In this document: one piece after another, positions 40,619-49,334 of the stretch
Position numbering within the stretch: position 1 is the stretch's first letter
Layout of the letters: each line of letters opens with the position of its first letter
Assembly (NCBI GenBank): GCA_934154785.1
Contig: CAKPGL010000001.1
Location: 266,814-330,813, forward strand
Source of the DNA: an uncultured Bacilli bacterium
GTDB taxonomy: Bacteria > Bacillota_I > Bacilli_A > RF39 > UBA660
Direction: 5' to 3'
Length of the DNA: 64,000 bases
Made by a program: the position numbers and the translations under genes
The notes under the pieces: generated by a model
The model's input: the letters and a program-made list of their open reading frames with translations, nothing else
Database searches by the model: none
Told to the model about the DNA's origin: nothing

Positions 40619-41128
40619 ATGAAAATTAACTACATCGATGAGAATAATATAATAGTTTTTTTAAATAAGATAAAGATTAAAGATAAGTTATTACTATCTA
40701 GTAGTTATTTAGAAAACTATTTTCGTAATTTATTTCTAATTTTAAAAGAAAAATATCAAATTAATATAAGCGGTTATTGTAATGTAACTTTATATCAGGA
40801 TAATATATATGGAGTTATTGTTGATATAAAAAAAGAATTTACAGATTATTTTGATTACTTTGATAACCAAGTAGATATGAAAATAGATATTGCTAAGAAT
40901 ACCGTTTTTTTATACAAAGTAAATTCTTTATCTAATTTATGTGAAAAAGATTATTCGTTATTTTCTATATATTTATATAATGATAATATATATTTAAAGC
41001 CTAAAAAAAATATTAGTCAACTAACACTTGGTTCATTAATCGAAAATAGTACTATTGTATATGGAGATTTATGTAACAAGGTATTAAAATATGGAAAAAA
41101 GATAAAAAGTAAATACATTTTTGTATAG
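40619..41128 (+). CDS. MecA/YpbH-like adaptor protein (short form), tentative
   Basis: 169 aa. N-terminus MKINYIDENNIIVF resembles MecA MEIERINE.TVKFY. C-terminal SLFSIYLYNDNIYL...LKYGKKI resembles MecA TLYSFENRYYLY...LEEYGKLI. Confidence 0.35.
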   Translation: MKINYIDENNIIVFLNKIKIKDKLLLSSSYLENYFRNLFLILKEKYQINISGYCNVTLYQDNIYGVIVDIKKEFTDYFDYFDNQVDMKIDIAKNTVFLYKVNSLSNLCEKDYSLFSIYLYNDNIYLKPKKNISQLTLGSLIENSTIVYGDLCNKVLKYGKKIKSKYIFV

Positions 41129-41166
41129 ATTATGTTATAATATGAATATTTAATGGAGGTGGCACT

Positions 41167-42486
41167 ATGAAAAAACCAGTTGTAGCGTTATTAGGACGTC
41201 CTAATGTAGGAAAATCAACAATATTTAATCGTTTAGTAGGAAAAAAAATATCTATTATAGAAGATACTCCAGGTATTACGAGAGATAGAATTTATGGTAC
41301 AGTAAATTATAAAGATTATAGTTTTCACTTAATTGATACTGGTGGTATTGATATTGGTGAAGACACTTTTAATGAAGAAATTAAAGTTCAAGCTAGTCTT
41401 GCTATTGACGAAGCAGACTTAGTACTATTTATTGTAGATGGTAAAGAAGGTCTTACCGCTAATGACTTAGTAGTAAAAGATATGTTAATGAAAGCTCATA
41501 AAGATGTTATTGTAGTAATAAATAAAACAGATAGTAAATTATCTAATGATAATATTTATGACTTTTATGAATTAGGATTTGATACTTATATACCAATAAG
41601 TGGAGAACAAAATATTGGTACTGATGATTTATTAAATGAGATAATAAAAAGAATACCTGAATACAGTGAAGATCCTCTTGATTCTTTAATTAAGTTCTCA
41701 GTAATTGGTCGCCCTAACGTTGGTAAGAGTAGTTTAGTAAATGCGTTACTTAATGAAGAAAGAGTTATTGTATCAAGTGAAGCAGGTACTACGAGAGACG
41801 CTATTGATACACATTTTACTTATCATGGTGAAGAATATGTTGTTATTGATACTGCTGGTATGCGTAAAAAAGGTCGTATCTATGAAAATGTTGAAAAGTA
41901 TAGTTTGTTACGTTCTTTAAAAGCTATAGATCGTTCTGATGTATGTTTACTTGTACTAAATGCTGAAGAGGGTATTATAGAACATGATAAACATATAGCG
42001 GGTTATGCCCTAGAAGCTGGTAAACCAGTTGTAATAGTAGTTAATAAATGGGATACAATTGAAAATAAAGATTCCGCAATTAAAGAATTTACTACTAAAA
42101 TACGTAATAATTTTCAATTTATGCCTTACGCTCCAATTGTATTTTTATCAGCCTTAACTAAAAAACGTATTCATACACTTATGCCACAAATATTAAAATG
42201 TTATGAAAATAGTCATAAAGAAATTAAAACTAATTTATTAAATGATGTAATAATGGATGCTTACACTTTAAATTTACCTCCTTCTTATAAAGGAAAACGT
42301 CTAAAAATTTATTTTAGTAAACAAGTATCTACTTGTCCACCTACATTTGATATTCAGGTAAATAGTAAAGGTTTAATTCACTTTTCTTATGAAAGATATA
42401 TTGAAAATAAGATTCGTGAATCATTTGATTTTGAAGGTACTCCAATTGTATTACAATTTAAAAATAAAGGAGAAGAAGAAAACTAG
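41167..42486 (+). CDS. der: GTPase Der/EngA (tandem GTP-binding domains)
   Basis: Two G-domains ([12 protein letters not shown] and [12 protein letters not shown], each with DTGG/DTAG and NKxD) and a C-terminal KH-like domain. 439 aa. Confidence 0.9.
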   Translation: MKKPVVALLGRPNVGKSTIFNRLVGKKISIIEDTPGITRDRIYGTVNYKDYSFHLIDTGGIDIGEDTFNEEIKVQASLAIDEADLVLFIVDGKEGLTANDLVVKDMLMKAHKDVIVVINKTDSKLSNDNIYDFYELGFDTYIPISGEQNIGTDDLLNEIIKRIPEYSEDPLDSLIKFSVIGRPNVGKSSLVNALLNEERVIVSSEAGTTRDAIDTHFTYHGEEYVVIDTAGMRKKGRIYENVEKYSLLRSLKAIDRSDVCLLVLNAEEGIIEHDKHIAGYALEAGKPVVIVVNKWDTIENKDSAIKEFTTKIRNNFQFMPYAPIVFLSALTKKRIHTLMPQILKCYENSHKEIKTNLLNDVIMDAYTLNLPPSYKGKRLKIYFSKQVSTCPPTFDIQVNSKGLIHFSYERYIENKIRESFDFEGTPIVLQFKNKGEEEN

Positions 42487-42550
42487 TTGTTACTTCTTCT
42501 TTTTTTAACCTTAAAATATAATTAACATATAATAATTTAGAGGTGTTTAT

Positions 42551-42796
42551 ATGTTTAATTTTTCAGATAGTTTTTTTAATAAGGTAGAAAAGAAAACTAA
42601 TGTTGGCAAAGATACTATTTTGAATTTGGCAGCCAAGTTACAACAATCTAATTTAAAAGATGAAGCAACATTACGTGAGGTAATCAAGGAACTTGGTAAA
42701 ATGACCGGTAAAGATGTATCTAAAGAAAAGGAAGATAAAATTATTAACGCTGTAGTTAATGATAAAGTACCTAAAGATGTAAGTGGAATGTTTTAA
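42551..42796 (+). CDS. small hypothetical protein (possibly SpoVIF/YjcC-like)
   Basis: 81 aa. ...LREVIKELGKMTGKDVSKEKEDKIINAVVNDKVPKDVSGMF. The family assignment is from memory only. Confidence 0.25.
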   Translation: MFNFSDSFFNKVEKKTNVGKDTILNLAAKLQQSNLKDEATLREVIKELGKMTGKDVSKEKEDKIINAVVNDKVPKDVSGMF

Positions 42797-42857
42797 AATG
42801 TTAAAAAATGTTGTGCATACTTAAATATTTGTGATACAATGATACTAGGGTGATGGT

Positions 42858-43445
42858 ATGAAAGATGTCTCTATTATAGAAGAATATAGTAAAGATATAG
42901 AAAACTATATTGTTTTAATAAGCCAGATTACTTATGACGCAACCGCTAATAACATAGAGATTCTTGAAAATAATATCTTAACTTATTTACATGATAAGTT
43001 TCCTAATATGAGTGTCTCTAAAGAAGAAATTCATGAAATCATCCTAAAGATATATCAAACTAGAAATTATAATTTAAAAAAAGAAGTAGAGTGTAATTTA
43101 GGAAAAACTAAATTTGCTTTTGAAGATGAAAAAGAAGACCCTAAAAAAATTATTATAGAAGAGATAAATAAATTAAGAAAACTTTTTAATAGTATTAAAA
43201 GTGGTACTAATTATTACTATTTAGGTTTGGTAGATAAATGTACACAAGAAATAATAGGGCAATTAATTAGATGGCATAATTCTATAGCTTTTTCTAAAGA
43301 ATCTGAATATACTAAAGAATATATTAGAAACTTAATTGCTAATAATTATAAACTTATTATGAATAGTGCCGGTGATAAATTATTAGAACTAATAGTAACA
43401 CCACTTGAAGATAAATATAATTATAATAAAGTAATAACAAAATAA
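42858..43445 (+). CDS. hypothetical protein
   Basis: 195-aa ORF with no recognisable motif. Confidence 0.3.
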   Translation: MKDVSIIEEYSKDIENYIVLISQITYDATANNIEILENNILTYLHDKFPNMSVSKEEIHEIILKIYQTRNYNLKKEVECNLGKTKFAFEDEKEDPKKIIIEEINKLRKLFNSIKSGTNYYYLGLVDKCTQEIIGQLIRWHNSIAFSKESEYTKEYIRNLIANNYKLIMNSAGDKLLELIVTPLEDKYNYNKVITK

Positions 43446-43538
43446 TAATATGATTAACAATTGTTACATCATATTTTTTTTACATATATTTTCATATTTA
43501 TTCATATAGTTTATTGAATAAGAGAAAGTAGGGATTAT

Positions 43539-45014
43539 ATGGAAAAAACAGAAATTATAAAAAGTATTACAGAACGTACAGGGGGAGAATTATATTTAGG
43601 TGTAGTTGGTGCTGTACGTACAGGTAAGTCTACTTTTATAAAAAAGTTTATTGAGAATTTAGTTGTGCCTAATATAGAAGATGAGTATGAAAGAAAAAGA
43701 GCCTTAGATGAAATACCACAAAGTGCTCAAGGTAAAACAATTATGACTACTGAACCTAAGTTTGTACCAAGTAATGCTGCTAGTATAAAAATAGATGACT
43801 TTACTACTAGTGTTCGTTTAGTAGATTGTGTAGGATATGTTATACCGGAAGCAAAAGGTTATGAAGATGATAATGGTCCAAGAATGGTTAAGACTCCTTG
43901 GTATGATGAGGAAATTCCTTTTGTAGAAGCTGCAGAAATAGGAACTGAAAAAGTTATAAAAGATCATTCAAGTATTGGTATTGTTGTTACTACCGATGGT
44001 TCTATTGGTGAAATATCACGTAATAGTTACGTAGAAGCTGAAGAAAGAGTAGTATCGGAATTAAAAGAAATTGGTAAGCCATTTATAGTATTATTAAATT
44101 CAACACATCCAATGTTACCAGAAACAGAACGTTTAGCAGAAAGTCTAAAAGATAATTATGGTGTTCCTGTTTTACCTGTAAGTGTTGAAAACATGGTTGA
44201 AAAAGATATATATTCTATTTTACGAGAAGCTTTATATGAATTCCCAGTATTAGAAGTAAAAGTTAATATGCCAGAATGGATAGCGTGTTTAAATCCAGAT
44301 AATTGGTTAAAGAAAGTATATATTGAAAAAATAAGAGAAAGTGTTATTGAAGTAGATAAACTACGCGATGTAGAGCACATAACAGCTCACTTTAGTGACT
44401 GTGAATATATTAGTAAAGCTTACTTATCTGATGTTGATACATCTACTGGTGAAGTAACAGTTACATTACAAGCTCCAGATGATTTATATAATAGGGTATT
44501 AAAAGAAATAATTGGTGTCGATATTACAAGTAAAACACAATTATTAAATATGTTCCAAGAATATAATGAAGCTAAGACTGAGTATGATCAGATTAAAACA
44601 GCATTAAAAATGGTTAAAACTACTGGTTACGGTGTTGCATCTCCAACACTATCGGATATGAAACTTGATACTCCAGAAATAATAAAACAGGGTAGCCGTT
44701 ATGGAATTCGTCTTAAAGCAGTAGCACCTTCTATACATATGGTTAGGGTAGATGTTGAATCAACATTCGAACCGATTATTGGTTCTGAATTACAAAGTAA
44801 GGAATTAATTAACTATATTATGAAAGACTATGATAATGATGCTGATAGTATTTGGAAAAGTGAAATATTTGGTCGTAGTTTAGACGTTATTGTAAAGGAG
44901 GGTATTCAAGCTAAACTTTCTATGTTACCAGAAAATGCTCGTTATAAATTACAACAAACATTATCTAAATTAGTTAATAAAGGTTCTGGTAATTTAATAG
45001 CGATAGTATTCTAA
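43539..45014 (+). CDS. spoIVA: stage IV sporulation protein A (spore coat morphogenetic ATPase)
   Basis: MEKTEIIKSITERTGGELYLGVVGAVRTGKSTFIKKFIENLVVPNI...IPQSAQGKTIMTTEPKFVP is near-identical in pattern to B. subtilis SpoIVA. 491 aa. Confidence 0.85.
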   Translation: MEKTEIIKSITERTGGELYLGVVGAVRTGKSTFIKKFIENLVVPNIEDEYERKRALDEIPQSAQGKTIMTTEPKFVPSNAASIKIDDFTTSVRLVDCVGYVIPEAKGYEDDNGPRMVKTPWYDEEIPFVEAAEIGTEKVIKDHSSIGIVVTTDGSIGEISRNSYVEAEERVVSELKEIGKPFIVLLNSTHPMLPETERLAESLKDNYGVPVLPVSVENMVEKDIYSILREALYEFPVLEVKVNMPEWIACLNPDNWLKKVYIEKIRESVIEVDKLRDVEHITAHFSDCEYISKAYLSDVDTSTGEVTVTLQAPDDLYNRVLKEIIGVDITSKTQLLNMFQEYNEAKTEYDQIKTALKMVKTTGYGVASPTLSDMKLDTPEIIKQGSRYGIRLKAVAPSIHMVRVDVESTFEPIIGSELQSKELINYIMKDYDNDADSIWKSEIFGRSLDVIVKEGIQAKLSMLPENARYKLQQTLSKLVNKGSGNLIAIVF

Positions 45015-45046
45015 AAAAATTTGACTTATTGAGTCAAATTTTTTTG
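45014..45046. terminator. bidirectional terminator between convergent genes
   Basis: AAAAAAATTTGACT-tattg-AGTCAAATTTTTTT. Confidence 0.6.
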
Positions 45047-45055
45047 CTTTTATTC

Positions 45056-45925
45056 TTATTTATTAGTTATTCTATAAAAATTAAAAGATGGTTTATTAAA
45101 GAATCTAAAATCTAATTCTGATGTACCTAAACCGCTAGATATATAGAAGTCTGTAGTTCCTAAATCATAATATTCATCGTAGTATTTTTTTGATTCTTTA
45201 GGTAAAATAATTGGTCCTATAAACGGTAGTCTAACCTGTCCATTATGCGAGTGACCCCCTAAAATAAGGTTATATCTACTAATATCAATATTATCAACAA
45301 AATCTGTTTCATGAACAAGTAATATATTGTAAATAGTATTTATATTATCTTTATCAATACTATTTTTTATAGTATTATAACGGCTATTTACATCTTCTGC
45401 ATCTTGGAGAGAACTTAATCCTGATATAAGAATGGGTTCATAATTATTAATATATATATAATCATAACTATTATCTAAATTTATAAAATTACTATCATTA
45501 ATAATATCTTTCCATTTATCGAATACATAATCATGATTACCTCTAATTGCGTATTTACTAGTAGTAACGTTTATTTTAGAAAGAGAAGTAGTAATAGAAT
45601 TAATATCATCATCAGTTAACTTTGTATCTCTATCAATTAAATCTCCAGTAATAACGACAATATCTGGCTTAATTAAGTTTATTCTTTCCACTATTTTTTC
45701 TAATCTTTTTTTATCAATAATTCTCCCATAGTGTATATCACTTAAGTGAACAATTTTTAAACCACTTATATTATCAGGTATATTCTCATTTACTATTTTA
45801 TATTCTTTAACTTTTAATCCACTGGTAGATACAAATCTACTATAAAGAAGCATTGAAAAAGCAATTAGTAATAGTATAAATATAATTTTTAATATTGGAT
45901 GTTTTTTCTTTTCTTTTTCTTCCAT
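45056..45925 (-). CDS. membrane-anchored metallophosphoesterase (calcineurin-like, YkuE-type)
   Basis: N-terminal TM. GDLIDRD, GNHD, GGHSHNGQ motifs. Confidence 0.7.
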   Translation of the reverse strand: MEEKEKKKHPILKIIFILLLIAFSMLLYSRFVSTSGLKVKEYKIVNENIPDNISGLKIVHLSDIHYGRIIDKKRLEKIVERINLIKPDIVVITGDLIDRDTKLTDDDINSITTSLSKINVTTSKYAIRGNHDYVFDKWKDIINDSNFINLDNSYDYIYINNYEPILISGLSSLQDAEDVNSRYNTIKNSIDKDNINTIYNILLVHETDFVDNIDISRYNLILGGHSHNGQVRLPFIGPIILPKESKKYYDEYYDLGTTDFYISSGLGTSELDFRFFNKPSFNFYRITNK

Positions 45926-45929
45926 AGAA

Positions 45930-46850
45930 TTACCTTCCTAGCAATAATAGTATTAATTGTAATGTCATAGTTATTCCATTATGTAAAAAGTGAAATCCCA
46001 TTGAGGTAAAAATATTTTTGGTTTTAGTAAGCATGTACGCAAAAGCCATACCAGGAATAGAGTAAGGTACTAAGTAAAGTAAATCAATAGGTGCATTAAC
46101 ATTACCAATTACATGTAATCCGCCAAATATTAAACCAGACATGATAATAAATACTTTATCATTCGTAAAAATATTTCTAACACCTTGTCTAAAAGTTAAT
46201 TCTTCTAGTATTGGAGCAATTATAACAGCACTAAAATACATATAAAGAGGGGCTTTAGAAAATAATTCTCTTACAGTTTGTTCATTACCCGCTATATTTC
46301 CAGCATTAACTATACTAATTATAATATTACTAAGAGCCATTAGAACTAACGCTATTAAATAATATTTACCGCAACTAGAAAAGTAATTTTTATGATTTTT
46401 CTTTATATCTTTAATACACTTTCTAATTTCATCTCTTAATATATAAACAATTATTCCCACTTGTATTAATTCATATAAGGATAAATAAATAGTCTTTGTA
46501 AATATTGGTAAATTTTGATAATTAGGTTCGAGTAAGTATAAAAATACTCCTTCAAAAATAGTTGTAAAGAAGTATGTAAATATTACTAAAATTCCTTTTC
46601 TTAAGGTATAACTTCTTTTAATTTTTTCTTTATTATCAAGTATACTTAATTTTTTATAATTAAAAAACGCTACAAAGGCACAAATAAGAGCATATACAAA
46701 TGACATTCCCGCTATTAAATTAGATGGTAATTTAATAGATATACTAGTTAAGTTTAAAATTATAAATGGCATTATCATTAAAAATAAATACAAATAAATG
46801 ATAGTTATAAGAATATTTCTACTTGTATTTTTAATAGTTTCCTTATCCAT
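45930..46850 (-). CDS. CPBP-family intramembrane metalloprotease (CAAX protease/Abi type)
   Basis: EELTFRQG, FGGLHV, HFLHN motifs. Multiple TM helices. Confidence 0.65.
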   Translation of the reverse strand: MDKETIKNTSRNILITIIYLYLFLMIMPFIILNLTSISIKLPSNLIAGMSFVYALICAFVAFFNYKKLSILDNKEKIKRSYTLRKGILVIFTYFFTTIFEGVFLYLLEPNYQNLPIFTKTIYLSLYELIQVGIIVYILRDEIRKCIKDIKKNHKNYFSSCGKYYLIALVLMALSNIIISIVNAGNIAGNEQTVRELFSKAPLYMYFSAVIIAPILEELTFRQGVRNIFTNDKVFIIMSGLIFGGLHVIGNVNAPIDLLYLVPYSIPGMAFAYMLTKTKNIFTSMGFHFLHNGITMTLQLILLLLGR

Positions 46851-46967
46851 AAATCAATCCTCCTACTGTTATATTATACACTATTTTTAAAATTTAGAAA
46901 ACTAAAATACTTGAATATCTTTAGTACTTATGATAAAATTACTAGTAGATAATTAGGAGGCCTGAAT

Positions 46968-47537
46968 ATGAAAAGATACCACAATAAAAAAGTTCGTTAT
47001 ATTATTATATCTTTAATAGCATTATTTGCATTTACCGTAACTGTAGCGTATGCATTGCTTAGTAAAACACTTACTATTGGTGGTAATGTTAATCAAAAAG
47101 GAGGTACCTGGAATATATATTTAGCTGAGCCTACAGTATATCAAGTAACTGGTGCTGCTAAATCAGAAAAAGCAGAAATAACCAATAATAATACAACATT
47201 AAATATTATGCCATCATTAACCCAACCAGGTGATAGTATTACATATACTTTTAAAGTTAAAAATGGTGGAACAGTTAATGCCAGATTTTTAGGTTGGCAA
47301 TTCGTAAATGCTAGCGAATTTAATTCTTTAGCTAATAAATATAAAATAACTACAACTTTAACTTATCTTGATGGTACATCTTTACAATCTTATACGGATA
47401 TTTTAAATGCCAAAACAGAAAAAACTTTAAAACTAACATTTAAATATACAGGCACCAGTCCTATAAATGATGATGATGTATTTATACCAATAGAACTGCG
47501 ATTAGAATATAGTCAGGTTAACTTGGCAACATCTTAA
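46968..47537 (+). CDS. hypothetical secreted protein with N-terminal signal/anchor
   Basis: Basic N-terminus, hydrophobic stretch, AYALLS. Possible TasA/camelysin-like but not supported by motifs. Confidence 0.3.
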   Translation: MKRYHNKKVRYIIISLIALFAFTVTVAYALLSKTLTIGGNVNQKGGTWNIYLAEPTVYQVTGAAKSEKAEITNNNTTLNIMPSLTQPGDSITYTFKVKNGGTVNARFLGWQFVNASEFNSLANKYKITTTLTYLDGTSLQSYTDILNAKTEKTLKLTFKYTGTSPINDDDVFIPIELRLEYSQVNLATS

Positions 47538-47547
47538 AATATAAATT

Positions 47548-47571
47548 AGTACTATAATAGTACTTTTTTTT
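47548..47571 (+). terminator. rho-independent terminator
   Basis: AGTACTAT-aat-AGTACT followed by a T8 run. Confidence 0.6.
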
Positions 47572-47614
47572 AACAGAAAAAATTGTTATAATTATTAGCG
47601 AAGTAGGTGATTAT

Positions 47615-48751
47615 ATGAATCAAAAGAAAATATATAAAAATATGTTAAGAGAAAAAAATTTAAGTAAATATGCTTGCTTAGATAAAAACGCTATTAGATT
47701 GAATGAATATAAAGGTGATATTAGACCTAATTATTTTAGAGATATAGATCGTATTATTTATTCACTTTCTTATACTAGGTATATGGATAAAACACAGGTA
47801 TTTACTACACAAAAAAACGATCATATCAGTAAGAGAATGGTTCACGTACAACTAGTTAGTAAAATAGCACGTACTATTGGTAGAGCACTATCTCTTAATG
47901 AAGATCTAATCGAAGCCATAGCACTAGGACATGATATTGGACATGTTCCTTATGGGCATTTAGGTGAAAGAATACTTAATTCTATAAGCAAAGAATGCAA
48001 TGAAGGAGTATTTATGCACAACGTTCAAAGTGTTAGAACATTTATGAATGTTGAGAATAATGGTAATGGTAGTAACTTAACTGTTCAAGTATTAGATGGA
48101 ATACTATGTCATAATGGTGAAGAATTTTTACCAAAGTACGAGTATAAGAGTAAAACCGCTAAAGAGTTTTTAAAGGATTATAAAAGTTGTTATAAATCAA
48201 AGGAAAATATTAATAATTTGGTACCTATGACTTTAGAAGGTTGCATAGTAAGAGTAAGTGATGGTATAGCGTATTTAGGTAGAGATTTAGAAGATGCTAA
48301 TATACTTGGTCTTGTCTCAAAAAAAGATTTACCTAAAGAAATAACTAGTGTATTAGGTTATGAAAATAGGGATATAATTAATACTATTATATTAGATATA
48401 ATTGATAATAGTTTAGGAAAAAATTATATTGCTATTTCACCTAAAGTTTATACCGCTATGAATGATTTAAAAACATTTAATTATCAATATATTTATAATA
48501 AGGCTAACTCTAATGACGATATTAAAAAGATTGAGAAGATGTTTCGAAAAGTATTTACTACTAATGTATATTTTCTTGAAAATAAAATATTAGATAGTGA
48601 TATTTATACTGTATTTTTAAATAATATGTCTAAAAAATATATTAATGGTAATACAATAGAAAGAATAGTTATTGATTATATAGCGGGTATGACTGATGAT
48701 TTCTTTAAAAAGCAGTATGATAAAGCAAAAAAATATGATATACTTAAATAG
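47615..48751 (+). CDS. dgt: HD-domain dNTP triphosphohydrolase (dGTPase-like)
   Basis: RDIDRIIYS...TRYMDKTQVF, HVQLVS, ALGHDIGHVPYGHLGE motifs. 378 aa. Confidence 0.7.
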   Translation: MNQKKIYKNMLREKNLSKYACLDKNAIRLNEYKGDIRPNYFRDIDRIIYSLSYTRYMDKTQVFTTQKNDHISKRMVHVQLVSKIARTIGRALSLNEDLIEAIALGHDIGHVPYGHLGERILNSISKECNEGVFMHNVQSVRTFMNVENNGNGSNLTVQVLDGILCHNGEEFLPKYEYKSKTAKEFLKDYKSCYKSKENINNLVPMTLEGCIVRVSDGIAYLGRDLEDANILGLVSKKDLPKEITSVLGYENRDIINTIILDIIDNSLGKNYIAISPKVYTAMNDLKTFNYQYIYNKANSNDDIKKIEKMFRKVFTTNVYFLENKILDSDIYTVFLNNMSKKYINGNTIERIVIDYIAGMTDDFFKKQYDKAKKYDILK

Positions 48752-48771
48752 AAAATAGGAGTGGATATTTT

Positions 48772-49287
48772 ATGGCAGAGAATTTAGCTAAGAGTTTGGT
48801 AGGGGTTTTTGGAGGTTTAACAGCACTTAAATATGGTAAAGAATTAATAGTATTTATTATTTCAATGCTTCCAATATTAGAGTTGCGTGGAGGCTTAATA
48901 GCGGCTTCATTATTAAATTTAAATATAGTATCAAGTTTTATTATTTGTTTTATAGGTAATATATTACCAGTACCATTTATACTATGGTTTATTACACCAA
49001 TATTTGATAAATTAAAGAAAACTAAAAAACTATCAAAATTTGTTAATAAGTTAGAAAACAAAGCAATGTCTAAGAAAGATCAGATAGAAAAATATCAATA
49101 CTTGGGATTAATGCTATTTGTAGGTATTCCTTTACCAGGTACTGGTGCTTGGACAGGGTGTTTAATAGCGGCTTTACTTGGTATGGATAAGAAAAAATCT
49201 TTCGTATTTACTACATTAGGAGTATTAATGGCTGGTATTATAATGTTAATTTTATCCTTTGGGGTACTTGGTAATATAATTCGTTAA
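48772..49287 (+). CDS. small membrane protein (small multidrug-export-like/COG2426 type), tentative
   Basis: 171 aa, 4-5 TM helices, LELRGGLIAA motif. Confidence 0.35.
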   Translation: MAENLAKSLVGVFGGLTALKYGKELIVFIISMLPILELRGGLIAASLLNLNIVSSFIICFIGNILPVPFILWFITPIFDKLKKTKKLSKFVNKLENKAMSKKDQIEKYQYLGLMLFVGIPLPGTGAWTGCLIAALLGMDKKKSFVFTTLGVLMAGIIMLILSFGVLGNIIR

Positions 49288-49334
49288 TTATGTATTATAA
49301 ATATTAATTTGGTAGGAATAATAGGGGTGATAGA